Shown here piece by piece: positions 18,021 through 27,657 of a stretch of 64,000 nt of DNA (position 1 is its first letter; every line of letters begins with the position of its first letter). A program made the position numbers and the translations under genes. The DNA lies in the sequence record NC_061441.1; one strand, 5' to 3'. Below the pieces are notes generated by a model. It was not told where the DNA came from, did no database searches, and was given only the letters and a program-made list of their open reading frames with translations.

Positions 18021-18863
18021 ATGACAGTAATCAGCCCAATCCGATATCAGGGCAATAAGCGAAGCCTTATCCCGATTATTCTTGAGCACACGCCTTCTGT
18101 GCAGGACTGCCCTCGCATGGTGGACGTGTTTGGTGGTAGTGCTACTGTTTGCGCGAACATGCCGCAGAAGTTTCGCGTCTACAATGAACTGAGTCCTCAG
18201 GTGTACGATATCGTTAAGATGTTAGTCGAACAGGACCCGAAGAAAACTCTTGGTCAGGTCAAGCGACTGGTCAAACATTGGTGCCTGACTAACAGCAACG
18301 AAGCGAACTACGATGCGTTTCGGACCGTCGTTCAGAGGAAGCGTACGGCTATACTGCATTACGTTGCACATCGCCACGCACACTCGAACATGTTGCGCTT
18401 CAATCAACAAGGTGTGTACAACGTAGGCTTTGGTGATCGTGGCCTGATTGGAAAGTTCGATGAGCTGGAGCACGAACTCACTACATTCCACAAGCACATG
18501 CAGGGCGTTCACCTGACGAACATGAAGTACGGCAAACTGCTTGGTCGCTTAGGCCACCAGCTAGACTGTAACACGTTCTGCTACTTCGACCCTCCGTATT
18601 TAGCGAGCGGTGCGATGCAGTACGGTAAGTGGACCGAGCAGAATGAACGCAACCTGCTTACGACTCTGGAGCAGTTGAATCGTCGCGGCGTTCCCTGGAT
18701 GTTGAGCAACGTTATCGAGCACCGTGAGTTCTCCAACGACCTGTTAAAGCGTTGGCTAAAGAAACATGCGACAACCGTGCTCTATCCAAACAAAAGCTAT
18801 GCGATGAACAATGGCCAGAGCGGCTCGCATAGCACGATTGAAATTCTGGCAATGAACTATTGA
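18021..18863 (+). CDS. Dam-like (D12 class) N6-adenine DNA methyltransferase
   Basis: SPIRYQGNK, DVFGGSATV, YFDPPY. Confidence 0.88.
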   Translation: MTVISPIRYQGNKRSLIPIILEHTPSVQDCPRMVDVFGGSATVCANMPQKFRVYNELSPQVYDIVKMLVEQDPKKTLGQVKRLVKHWCLTNSNEANYDAFRTVVQRKRTAILHYVAHRHAHSNMLRFNQQGVYNVGFGDRGLIGKFDELEHELTTFHKHMQGVHLTNMKYGKLLGRLGHQLDCNTFCYFDPPYLASGAMQYGKWTEQNERNLLTTLEQLNRRGVPWMLSNVIEHREFSNDLLKRWLKKHATTVLYPNKSYAMNNGQSGSHSTIEILAMNY

Positions 18864-18870
18864 GGCTGCT

Positions 18871-19176
18871 ATGACTCTGCGTACAAACCAAAAACTTATC
18901 TTCATCTTAAAGGCTCTAACGCGCAAGTTAGAGGAGGTCAACGCTCTCGCCTGGTCAATATCGAAAGATCCCAAAGACACTTGCGGAGCTATTGATATGT
19001 CGGCTATATCTGACTACTCAGATGAAGGTCTGATCAAAGAAATTGAAATGCGCGCCAATCAAATCGAAGAACGTAAGCGATACATTGCGAGTCTTCATGG
19101 TGGCGCTGATGGCCACTGCCGTGCTGCGAATAATCAGGCTGATGCAATCTATCAACGTTATTGTGGGAAAAGATAA
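18871..19176 (+). CDS. hypothetical protein
   Basis: ORF with GAGG RBS. Confidence 0.55.
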   Translation: MTLRTNQKLIFILKALTRKLEEVNALAWSISKDPKDTCGAIDMSAISDYSDEGLIKEIEMRANQIEERKRYIASLHGGADGHCRAANNQADAIYQRYCGKR

Positions 19177-19880
19177 TGGAACAAGAAATGAAAGACATGC
19201 CGCTGCATATCATCAACGGCTTCCAGCTTAACGAGCACACGACGAAACTGTTTGCATACGCACTTGACCTTGTTCGTCTCGGTGCTAACATCGACGAATC
19301 GTTTTGGATAGATCGCATTGTGGCTGATGACTACAAAGCAGAAATAACCGACCTGCTGTCTATTACAGGTCCGCGCATTTCTCGTCGTCACTTTGACCTG
19401 TTCGAAACTCTGGAGACGTGTCGCCGTAACGCTCACATCATTCTTGAAGCACTGATTGATGGTATGAGCACAATCTGCACCGAACTCGAAGAAGCGTTCA
19501 TGGCAGAAGATGGCGGTACGCCACTGATTCGTCGTGCCAAACAGAACATGTTCCGTAACGAAACGATTCAGTACCTGTTGCGTCCTGCGGAAGAAAAGGA
19601 CATTCATAACTGTCCTACTTATCGTAAGATTGCTGCTGGTCTGTATGATGCAGAACCTGTGCTGTTAGCGATTCGCGGCAATTCGTCAGAAACCAAATAC
19701 GTGTGGAACGGTGAGTGGCGAGCGCTGCTTGCCGTGTCCGAAGCTGACCGTCAGGTACACTATCGTCGTTGGTACTACAACCACGCGCTCACTATTCATC
19801 GTCTGCGGGATATGATCACCTGTCACCTGTACACTGTGTACGCTGACCATTTCAGTCGAGGTAAAAATGCCGGGCATTAA
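19176..19880 (+). CDS. hypothetical protein
   Basis: TAATG-coupled ORF. Confidence 0.65.
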   Translation: MEQEMKDMPLHIINGFQLNEHTTKLFAYALDLVRLGANIDESFWIDRIVADDYKAEITDLLSITGPRISRRHFDLFETLETCRRNAHIILEALIDGMSTICTELEEAFMAEDGGTPLIRRAKQNMFRNETIQYLLRPAEEKDIHNCPTYRKIAAGLYDAEPVLLAIRGNSSETKYVWNGEWRALLAVSEADRQVHYRRWYYNHALTIHRLRDMITCHLYTVYADHFSRGKNAGH

Positions 19881-20343
19881 TGAACTGCGTAGTCGTCTTG
19901 CGGCTGCGCTCGATCTGGAAGTGAAGACAGCACCGACGGCTGATATCGAATACTACGTTGACTCGGACGGTCTGCCTATGGGCTTGGTGCAGGAGTGGCG
20001 TCCTGATGCTCCTGAGAAAATCATTCAGGTCATCGAACAGTATGGTCTGCGCGTTGAGCGTGTTGTCAAGCCTGGTCTACCTAAGCCTGTCGATGCGGAT
20101 AATGTTCAGTGGGTGTTCAATGTCTGGTCTCGTCATCCTGTGTATCGTACTCTGTCCTCTGATGAATTTATACATCAGGGTGGTCCTCGCATTGAAGGTG
20201 AGACTTTGACAATGGCGGTATTGACGTGGGCAGTTCTTCGAGCAGAGCGCATTAAACGGCTGAAAGCTGATCACACTATGTCTAAGGCATATAACTTCAA
20301 TGTATTGCGGGAGCGTGTGTATGTATCTGCCGTTGGGGGATAA
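19867..20343 (+). CDS. hypothetical protein
   Basis: GAGG RBS, operon packing. Confidence 0.65.
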   Translation: MPGINELRSRLAAALDLEVKTAPTADIEYYVDSDGLPMGLVQEWRPDAPEKIIQVIEQYGLRVERVVKPGLPKPVDADNVQWVFNVWSRHPVYRTLSSDEFIHQGGPRIEGETLTMAVLTWAVLRAERIKRLKADHTMSKAYNFNVLRERVYVSAVGG

Positions 20344-20731
20344 CGCCAGTGATGCAGAAGCACGGGCGTACTATCAGAAACAACATGAACGCGCCGAAGC
20401 CACCATGCGAGAAATCTGGGCGTTACGTGGTTGGACGATTCGTTGGGAGTGGCACAACGGCATCTGCGATGATTGTGAGTTCCTGTTCGACGAAACAGGC
20501 AAGCAGTTGTGTCCGTATCACGATGCCATTCCGCAAGAACGTGACGTATCGTACAATCTTGAGAAGCATCGCCTCAATGTGACGTACACCAAGAAATCTG
20601 TAAAATTGACTAACAAGCAAGATCCAAATCCAGTTGAAGGTAAAGCTGACACGTTACGTCAGGCATATCTCAACTGGCTGTTGGCTCTTGAGAAACAAAA
20701 AGCTGAGGAGAAAACGTGCGCTGCAATTTAA
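20321..20731 (+). CDS. hypothetical protein
   Basis: GGGAG RBS, operon packing. Confidence 0.6.
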   Translation: MYLPLGDNASDAEARAYYQKQHERAEATMREIWALRGWTIRWEWHNGICDDCEFLFDETGKQLCPYHDAIPQERDVSYNLEKHRLNVTYTKKSVKLTNKQDPNPVEGKADTLRQAYLNWLLALEKQKAEEKTCAAI

Positions 20732-21237
20732 CCGAACTACCAATGTCTGCGGAGCAGGCCGAACACATCATGGCGAGTGTGTTTACTCTGGCCGGTGCTT
20801 CTAAATCCAAGCGTCGTGCGACTGCTGCAATGCTCATTCATTTTCATGACGGCTTCCCTACTATTATCAGTAGCGGTGTCAACGGTACTATGCCAGGCGA
20901 AAGCAACGTCATGGAAACTCCTGACCTGACTCTCTCGCTCAACACTGTTATCCATGCAGAGGTGAACTGCCTCAATCGCATGGAAGAATACAGTCTGTGG
21001 GCAAACGAACAGGACATTCTGTTCTGCACTGATTCGCCGTGTCCTAACTGCTTGGCGGATCTCGAAGCCGAAGGTGTGAAGACCGTTGTGTATGCGCGTG
21101 AGTATCGCCTGACTGATCATCTGGACGCATCTTCGATTAAGATGTTCTGTCTGGATATGAAGTCCGTTGAGCACCGTATGCTTCGCGGTATCGAGCGCAT
21201 GAACGAAGTTATCGCAACAACACCAGCGTCTGAATAA
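20716..21237 (+). CDS. dCMP deaminase-like zinc deaminase
   Basis: SGVNG, HAEVN and SPCPNC motifs. Confidence 0.85.
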   Translation: MRCNLTELPMSAEQAEHIMASVFTLAGASKSKRRATAAMLIHFHDGFPTIISSGVNGTMPGESNVMETPDLTLSLNTVIHAEVNCLNRMEEYSLWANEQDILFCTDSPCPNCLADLEAEGVKTVVYAREYRLTDHLDASSIKMFCLDMKSVEHRMLRGIERMNEVIATTPASE

Positions 21238-21258
21238 GACCAATAAGAGGTACTAACC

Positions 21259-21954
21259 GTGCAAGAGAAAATCTATTATCATGGCCTGAACAATACTCCT
21301 CTGACCAAAGCGCAGCAGGATGAAATGTTCCGTGAACTGAACAACATGCAGAATCAACGTATGCGTGAGTTTGCGCGTCTGCTGGAAAATGATCCACGAT
21401 TAGTAGCTCAAGCAACTGGCTTTCATTACGACGGCAGTATGTTCGATCTGAGTGCTCTGGAAGAACGTGTGCATCTACCACTGCATACGCTGTTCACCGA
21501 AAGAGGTCGTGACCCTATTGAGCAACTCTCGCCTACGTTCCGTCATGGTGGTACTGTTCGTGGTGTTGTGCATCGCTATCCACGAGCGTCAGACAATCTG
21601 CCAAAGGGCGATATTCGTATTGATGCCTCGCAGATGAAACGCTGCCGCGAGAACGTGCGCCTCGATCTCAACAGCGATGACTTGTATCGTGCAATGGTGA
21701 TGGGTCTGACTGGTGACCCTGTAGGTGGTAACCTTGTTACGATTGATAGCGTGGTATCTGATGATATCATCGCTGAGTTCAAAACAACGGGTGACCCAAG
21801 AGGTCCACAGGCTACTGGTCGAGCGCTGCGTGTTAAGCGTGACTCTGATTGGTCTGCTGAACGCCGTGATCGTGCTGCGACTTCTGCGCCTGTGCGTAAG
21901 AAGCTCCGTTCTAAAACACGCGCCCAGAAGAAAGCACGCCGTAAACAACGTTAA
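21259..21954 (+). CDS. hypothetical protein with basic C-tail
   Basis: GAGG RBS; ends KTRAQKKARRKQR. Confidence 0.6.
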   Translation: MQEKIYYHGLNNTPLTKAQQDEMFRELNNMQNQRMREFARLLENDPRLVAQATGFHYDGSMFDLSALEERVHLPLHTLFTERGRDPIEQLSPTFRHGGTVRGVVHRYPRASDNLPKGDIRIDASQMKRCRENVRLDLNSDDLYRAMVMGLTGDPVGGNLVTIDSVVSDDIIAEFKTTGDPRGPQATGRALRVKRDSDWSAERRDRAATSAPVRKKLRSKTRAQKKARRKQR

Positions 21955-21963
21955 GGAACTACT

Positions 21964-22446
21964 GTGGAACCTTTCCTGAAAGATATCAAAGACCGTTTCG
22001 CTTCTGCATTGGGAATCGACCCTAAAGTCCTCGATGCGCCTGTGGACGAAGAATCCGCTGAACGTTTTGGTGCGTTCCTGCGTGAAGACCAGCGCAAAAT
22101 CAAAGTAGGTCTTGCGCTCTGTCATCTCCAAATCCCAGATGATGTTCGTTATGACCTGCTGCATAATCATCTGGACACTACTGACCGTGTACTGCGTGAA
22201 ACGTTCGACGGTCTCGCTGCCCGACTTGTTGCTGTTAACAGCGCAGGTGGTGGCGATGAAAAACAAGCGGCGTCTGGTGCGTTTCGTCTAGCTATGCTGA
22301 TGAACATACTGGGCTTCGATGACCAAACACTGAAAGGTGTGTTAACCGACCCAAGCCTCTCTCGTCAGGCTGGTCTTATTGCAATGACTGGCCTGAACGA
22401 TATGGGTCAGAAAATCCAATCGCTTTACGACGAGAAAACAAAATGA
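21964..22446 (+). CDS. hypothetical protein
   Basis: AAGGA RBS, GTG start. Confidence 0.65.
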   Translation: MEPFLKDIKDRFASALGIDPKVLDAPVDEESAERFGAFLREDQRKIKVGLALCHLQIPDDVRYDLLHNHLDTTDRVLRETFDGLAARLVAVNSAGGGDEKQAASGAFRLAMLMNILGFDDQTLKGVLTDPSLSRQAGLIAMTGLNDMGQKIQSLYDEKTK

Positions 22447-22607
22447 GCAACCCGACTAATCCATTAGCAGATTACTTCAACGCTGACGCAGTTATCCCAG
22501 GTGTAGACGATGCAGAAGATCGTGTCGAAGCTATGCGTGACGGTGGTGGCGAAGTTGTTGACGATAAAGATGCTGATGGCTGTGAAAGCGGCGCCTGCAA
22601 AATCTAA
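22443..22607 (+). CDS. 54-aa acidic peptide ending in the NrdA redox tail DGCESGACKI
   Basis: Hand-translated (below ORF-track cutoff); ATGA-coupled to the upstream gene and followed directly by a terminator. Confidence 0.7.
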   Translation: MSNPTNPLADYFNADAVIPGVDDAEDRVEAMRDGGGEVVDDKDADGCESGACKI

Positions 22608-22610
22608 CTC

Positions 22611-22638
22611 ATGGGGCCTAGTGCCCCATTTCTGTTTT
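22611..22638 (+). terminator. rho-independent terminator
   Basis: ATGGGGC-CTAGT-GCCCCAT then TTCTGTTTT. Confidence 0.6.
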
Positions 22639-22648
22639 GGGGAATTTT

Positions 22649-23188
22649 ATGCAAACAGCATACCGTTGTAAGCATTGCAAGTATGTTCACAATGACAAGG
22701 TAAGTAGCTGCGACTGTCAGGGCAGTAAAAAGTTTGAATACACGTTGGTGCAAATCATCGACGTGCCTGAGAACGAAGACGGTGTACCTCCGTTCAAAGA
22801 TCTCAAACACTCTCGCGCTCAACGTTACGTCAACGTAAAGAACGGCACTTACGGTAACGGCATCTATGAGTTGCGTGAAGTGCGCACCAATGTAGACGGC
22901 GATGATCGCTACTGGTGGACCAACATCGGTAATATGCAGAGTGGTCTGGATCGTTCCGACCTCGGTATGAAGATGGTGGAAGCAAACATGCGAGCTAACT
23001 GTGTGCTGGCTGCTGCTGGTCCTGTTATGCTTGAGGCGCTCTACATGGCCTATCAGTATTTCCATCGTAAGCGCCTGGTGCAAGGCGATACGCCACAGAC
23101 TGCTATGCGTATCTCAGTAATAGCCGATGCAATTCGTCAGGGCACAGACCTGTCTGTGTTCGACACACCTCAAGTACCTAAGGAGTGA
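22649..23188 (+). CDS. hypothetical protein with N-terminal Cys cluster
   Basis: CKHC...CDC. Confidence 0.6.
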   Translation: MQTAYRCKHCKYVHNDKVSSCDCQGSKKFEYTLVQIIDVPENEDGVPPFKDLKHSRAQRYVNVKNGTYGNGIYELREVRTNVDGDDRYWWTNIGNMQSGLDRSDLGMKMVEANMRANCVLAAAGPVMLEALYMAYQYFHRKRLVQGDTPQTAMRISVIADAIRQGTDLSVFDTPQVPKE

Positions 23189-23191
23189 TCG

Positions 23192-23791
23192 ATGTACCAA
23201 CAACTAAAAGAGAAACTCGTTTCATACGGTCTGGCTATTCACAATCGCCGCCAGGAAAATCGTCGTCGCCTCGCCGCCATTCGTGCAATCAAAGAAGATG
23301 AAATTCGCGGCGGTCAGGTGTGGACGAGCATCGCAAATGGTGCTGACTATCAGGTCCTGTTTCTGACTAACCTGTACACTGACGGACACATTCAGGTCGT
23401 GTACTCACGCCACTGGGCATACATCTCGTCAATGCCTCTCGAAGACTTCTTCGAGCAGTTCACACATAATCGCAGCGTCGATAATACTCTGGCTAGTGCT
23501 CATGATGATCTCATGGCTATGGCACACAACATGCGAAACGACGGACGCATCCGTAAACCTGAAGAAGGTGAATACTGGACTCGTATCGATCGCATACCAG
23601 ATGGCTTCGATGAAGAACGCCATCCTAAATTCCGTAGCAGCCCTGTCACTGTTGAAGTGCATGGCATAGTAGAACAAAGCCCGTCACAACCATTCGTGTT
23701 GTTCAAGGAAGGCGGCGAGCGCAAAGTCCTGAACATGTATATGTTCTTAAACTTCTATAGCCCAGAAGGTGAAGCAAATGATGCTGTTTGA
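23192..23791 (+). CDS. hypothetical protein with DUF1653-like repeats
   Basis: GQVWTSIANGADYQVLFLTN...VVY; AAGGAG RBS. Confidence 0.65.
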   Translation: MYQQLKEKLVSYGLAIHNRRQENRRRLAAIRAIKEDEIRGGQVWTSIANGADYQVLFLTNLYTDGHIQVVYSRHWAYISSMPLEDFFEQFTHNRSVDNTLASAHDDLMAMAHNMRNDGRIRKPEEGEYWTRIDRIPDGFDEERHPKFRSSPVTVEVHGIVEQSPSQPFVLFKEGGERKVLNMYMFLNFYSPEGEANDAV

Positions 23792-24428
23792 TATCCTGAA
23801 AGCAATACCTGCGGTAATCCTATGCTACATCATCTGGCGTTATGCCATGAACAGGGTCGAACGCGACCGTCATCTCCTTAAAGCGCAGGAGCATTACAAT
23901 CATGGTCGTCTTGATAGCGGTAACGTCTGGATTCATTTGAAGACAGGCCGTCCGTATACGGTGTTGTGTCTGACTAACACAGGCGTGAATAAATCCAACT
24001 GGCGCAATGATTGGGAGATCAACGTTGTATATACCAACGACTTCGAACAAGTCTGGAACAGGCCTTTCAGTGAGTTCTGTCATAAGTTCACGCACGTCAG
24101 CCGTGGCCCGAATGAGGAGCACTTCACAACTACTCTGATGGGTATGCAGATGGAAGCCAACACTCGCATTCTTATTCCGCATGAAGGCGAGATGTGGTTT
24201 GAAGGAACTATTCATGCAACACCGCCAGAGTTGGTTGCCCAAGGCCATGCGCCTCAAGTTGTGTCCCAGCGCCGCGCTCATATAGACATGGTGCTCGGTG
24301 TAGGACAAGCGCATCCTGTAGTTGTATATACTGTAAACGATAAGCAGACAGCAATGCTGCTTTCGCAGTTCATCTTCATCTACCGCAAAGAGGTTTCCTT
24401 TGATGGGACAGTCAGCTCTAGTGTTTAA
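23778..24428 (+). CDS. membrane-anchored protein with DUF1653-like domain
   Basis: N-terminal hydrophobic helix; GNVWIHLKTGRPYTVLCLTN...VVY...WNRP. Confidence 0.65.
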   Translation: MMLFDILKAIPAVILCYIIWRYAMNRVERDRHLLKAQEHYNHGRLDSGNVWIHLKTGRPYTVLCLTNTGVNKSNWRNDWEINVVYTNDFEQVWNRPFSEFCHKFTHVSRGPNEEHFTTTLMGMQMEANTRILIPHEGEMWFEGTIHATPPELVAQGHAPQVVSQRRAHIDMVLGVGQAHPVVVYTVNDKQTAMLLSQFIFIYRKEVSFDGTVSSSV

Positions 24429-24747
24429 GTACGTGATGTTCGTTCGCACTCGCACCAAAGAGCGCGACGACGGTGTTCACATGCCAGTCATCTTCCCGAC
24501 TCATATCATGCACTCCGATATGGGTGAAGCTATGATCGGCTACGCTATTCAGAACGGCATGATCGAAAACAAATACTATCAGCGCATGACTGCGGTTAGT
24601 GCTGGCTTCATCGATCTGAATGACCTGCGTTGTTTCGGTGAGTCTGAATCTCTGGAACTCAAGTCTCGTGAGCAGGACAGCGAGATCATCCGTGAGTACA
24701 TGAAGACTCAAGGCAAAGGCGCTCCTGTTCCAGAGGTGGAAGAATGA
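24400..24747 (+). CDS. hypothetical protein
   Basis: ORF in operon; VSAGFI motif. Confidence 0.6.
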   Translation: MMGQSALVFKYVMFVRTRTKERDDGVHMPVIFPTHIMHSDMGEAMIGYAIQNGMIENKYYQRMTAVSAGFIDLNDLRCFGESESLELKSREQDSEIIREYMKTQGKGAPVPEVEE

Positions 24748-25232
24748 GCATAGCAGGAAAAGTCGATAGCGTTAAAAACCAACGCGAGTCTGAACGTAAG
24801 GCCAAAGAAGAAACTTTCCGCGCTGCCTGTCAGGCTCTCATTCCTAAAGTCGCGTCTGATATGGACGGCTTGCTTCTGCACTTCGTTAGCGCGAACGTTA
24901 ATAGTGACCGCATTGTACTCGGTACGCCAAAGTACACTATCTGCGACTACAGATTCAAGCTGACCATCACCGTTGACTTCCACGAAAACCGCGACACGCA
25001 GTTCACTGTCGAGCTGGCGCCTGATGGTCCGTTCACGCTGATCAAAGATCGTGTGCGTCAACGCCCGTGGTTCCTGCGCGACATTACGCTCATGCCATAC
25101 GAAGACGCTCTCTCCGAAATGATGTACCATGCTGTGGAGAAATCATTTGCAGGTAATGAGTGGCGCGACCGTTACGGTCCGAATCTCGGCTCAAGCGATG
25201 TAATATTCTCGCACCTGTATCTGAGGTCCTGA
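24744..25232 (+). CDS. hypothetical protein
   Basis: ATGA-coupled ORF. Confidence 0.65.
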   Translation: MSIAGKVDSVKNQRESERKAKEETFRAACQALIPKVASDMDGLLLHFVSANVNSDRIVLGTPKYTICDYRFKLTITVDFHENRDTQFTVELAPDGPFTLIKDRVRQRPWFLRDITLMPYEDALSEMMYHAVEKSFAGNEWRDRYGPNLGSSDVIFSHLYLRS

Positions 25233-25612
25233 TGAAAGAAGTCCTGTTATCAATCTGGAACAGCCCGTTCTGGGACAAACCTGTTAGCGCATTCGTTGTG
25301 CCTGCGTTTGTCATCACCTGGTTTATATGGACAGAGTATCGTGAGCGCCGTGAATTGCGTTTGTCTCGTGATGTGTTTGCAACGGGCTGGGCACCTGTGA
25401 AAGGGACAATGTACCGTCACCGCTATCTGCCTTGGCGTACCTGTCGTTTGTGCTATACTGTAAATAGTCCTAACGACAAGTTCATCCCTTCTGTCTTCAT
25501 CGAAATCATAGGCGGCTCATACAAAGAATTGACCGCTCATAGTTTCTGTACATCTTACAAAGAGATTGAAAATGCCAACTCCAGTGATTCTTCTCAAGCA
25601 GCAAACTCGTGA
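25232..25612 (+). CDS. putative membrane protein
   Basis: TGATG coupling; hydrophobic segment VSAFVVPAFVITWFIW. Confidence 0.55.
   Translation: MKEVLLSIWNSPFWDKPVSAFVVPAFVITWFIWTEYRERRELRLSRDVFATGWAPVKGTMYRHRYLPWRTCRLCYTVNSPNDKFIPSVFIEIIGGSYKELTAHSFCTSYKEIENANSSDSSQAANS
25458..25466 (+). promoter_or_regulatory. CTGTAAATA candidate promoter motif
   Basis: About 100 nt upstream of the operon containing thyA. Confidence 0.4.
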
Positions 25613-25916
25613 CCTGCTGGTAAAGATGTTCGGCCAGAACAAGCCATTCATCGTCGTGCGCCGTGACGCTACCGTGGAGAACGAAAAGCGTTTCGGTGAT
25701 CGCGTTTACTTCTCTAATGGCGTTAACACCGTCACTGTGCCAAACATTCAAGGGCTTGACCTGGGTGATAAGCTCTACATTGCAGAAGACGGCGATGTGT
25801 ATGAGTGGCATCCTCACTTCGAGCGTCCTTACGAAGCAGTATCGAACAACCAGACAGAAGCTCTGGCGTTTGGTCTGCATCCCATTGTCTTCCACACCGA
25901 CACACGGAACAGCTAA
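25566..25916 (+). CDS. hypothetical protein
   Basis: ORF coupled to thyA (TAATG). Confidence 0.55.
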   Translation: MKMPTPVILLKQQTRDLLVKMFGQNKPFIVVRRDATVENEKRFGDRVYFSNGVNTVTVPNIQGLDLGDKLYIAEDGDVYEWHPHFERPYEAVSNNQTEALAFGLHPIVFHTDTRNS

Positions 25917-27013
25917 TGTCACAACCACTTGATTTACGAAACCCGAACCACTACGAACTGTACTCTCTCCATAGCGTGGACGAGCAGTATATCAACCTGT
26001 GCGATGCAATCATTGCTACTGGTACGCAAGAGTCCGATGCTGGTCGCACCGACGATACGTGGACGACTCTGATTGGCGTTGGTTTCCAGTTGCAGAACAC
26101 GCACATTGCTTTCCCTGCACTGCTGTCCGCACGTAAGAACTGGAGCGCAGCCGTCGATGAGATGTGCTGGATGGCTCGCGGTGAAACGAACATCAACACT
26201 CTCGGCTCTAAGATCTGGGACGAGTGGGCAGATGAAAGCGGTGAGTGCGGTCCAATCTATGGCGAGATGTGGCGCCGTTGGCCTGACATTAAAGCGTTCT
26301 TCGACTACACGCAGCCTATGGCGTCTTGCCCTACTGCCGATGTTATTCGTGTACGTGACGAAATCCTGCGTATGCGTCAGGACGGCTACATCGAAACGCA
26401 ACTGACTGACGGTCGCATCCTGTTTGAAGGTGAGATTGACCAGTTCGCTAACGCTCTGTATCACATTGAAAACCGTTCGCGTTCTCGCCGCATTCGTGTG
26501 CAGGGTTTCAACCCAAGCTATGTGAACATGCAGGGTCTTCCTCCGTGTCACACTGAGTTTGAGTTCAACGTAACGAAGTCCACCAAGTACGAACAGGCGC
26601 AGGCCGATGTCCGCGGTCAGACGGTAGCGCAGGACAGTCTGCATATCACTGTCACCATGCGCAGCAACGACTGCCTGCTTGGGCGTCCTTTCAACATCAT
26701 CGGTTACAGTGCGATGCACCAACTGATTGCGAAGTGGGCCGGCCTGAACGTTGGCGGCTTTACGCTGAATACGACGAACACGCACCTGTACGATCATCAC
26801 CGTGAAGCATACGCTAAACAGCGTGAGCAGTGGATGACGTTGCGTGAACGTATGCAGACAACTGGCGAGCCTGTGAAATATCCTGTGCTCGAAATCTCCG
26901 ATGATGTTATAGGTCTGACAGCCAAAGAACTGCTGGACAACGTTAACATAGACTGGTTCGAGCTGGTGGACTACAGCCCGCTGCCAGCAGTAAAAGGACG
27001 TGTGACCAAATGA
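25916..27013 (+). CDS. thyA: thymidylate synthase
   Basis: KIWDEWADE.GE.GPIYG..WR, LPPCH, MRSND...PFN, HLYD.H. Confidence 0.93.
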   Translation: MSQPLDLRNPNHYELYSLHSVDEQYINLCDAIIATGTQESDAGRTDDTWTTLIGVGFQLQNTHIAFPALLSARKNWSAAVDEMCWMARGETNINTLGSKIWDEWADESGECGPIYGEMWRRWPDIKAFFDYTQPMASCPTADVIRVRDEILRMRQDGYIETQLTDGRILFEGEIDQFANALYHIENRSRSRRIRVQGFNPSYVNMQGLPPCHTEFEFNVTKSTKYEQAQADVRGQTVAQDSLHITVTMRSNDCLLGRPFNIIGYSAMHQLIAKWAGLNVGGFTLNTTNTHLYDHHREAYAKQREQWMTLRERMQTTGEPVKYPVLEISDDVIGLTAKELLDNVNIDWFELVDYSPLPAVKGRVTK

Positions 27014-27657
27014 AAAATTTCATGCTGATCCAACGTATCAGTTCCTACCTGTACTTAGGCTTCGCAGAGAACATCCCTGACATTCCTCGTCGCGGTGTTG
27101 AGCAGTTTGAAGTCATCATCCCAGACGGGCGTGATGGTGACAATGAGCCGATTCTTCGAATGAAGGCGCGTTGTATCTATCACCTGCCACACAACTGTTT
27201 CCTGATCAGTGCTGTTCCAGGCACCGAGTGCGAAGAATATCCTGCCTTGATGAAGTCGCACTGTGCGCACAACATGGAACTGTTCCAGCGTTCGGAGCAT
27301 GGCCGTGAGCAGATTGCTGTCAAGCAGATTCTGAATGAGCTGCATGACGCAGAAGTGCAGCATCCTGATTGGCCAGAGGAATGTATTCACGCTGCATCAA
27401 TCGTTACCGAAGAAGCAGGTGAGTTGTTGCGTGATTGTGCAACCTTCGAAGAAAACGGTGATGACCGCCTGATTCTTAACATGCTGGGTGAAGCCACTCA
27501 GGTAGGGGCAATGGCCGTTCGCTTCATGAAGAATCTGCCGTTCAGCCAAAAGCGTACTATCCCCAATAAAGCGCTGCGCTCAATCCTTGACTCTGATATG
27601 ACGCCAGAGCAACAACTGATTGAAGTGCGCCGCCTGATGAATGACGGAGTTCGTTAA
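27010..27657 (+). CDS. protein with C-terminal MazG-like NTP pyrophosphohydrolase domain
   Basis: IVTEEAGELLRD...GEATQVGAMAVRF. Confidence 0.6.
   Translation: MKNFMLIQRISSYLYLGFAENIPDIPRRGVEQFEVIIPDGRDGDNEPILRMKARCIYHLPHNCFLISAVPGTECEEYPALMKSHCAHNMELFQRSEHGREQIAVKQILNELHDAEVQHPDWPEECIHAASIVTEEAGELLRDCATFEENGDDRLILNMLGEATQVGAMAVRFMKNLPFSQKRTIPNKALRSILDSDMTPEQQLIEVRRLMNDGVR

Noticed and set aside
25916-27013. ThyA homolog as a dCMP hydroxymethylase supplying a modified cytosine precursor
   Set aside because: It has the dUMP-specifying Asn (RSND...PFN) rather than the Asp of dCMP hydroxymethylases, and a dCMP deaminase is nearby; it reads as an ordinary dTMP synthase
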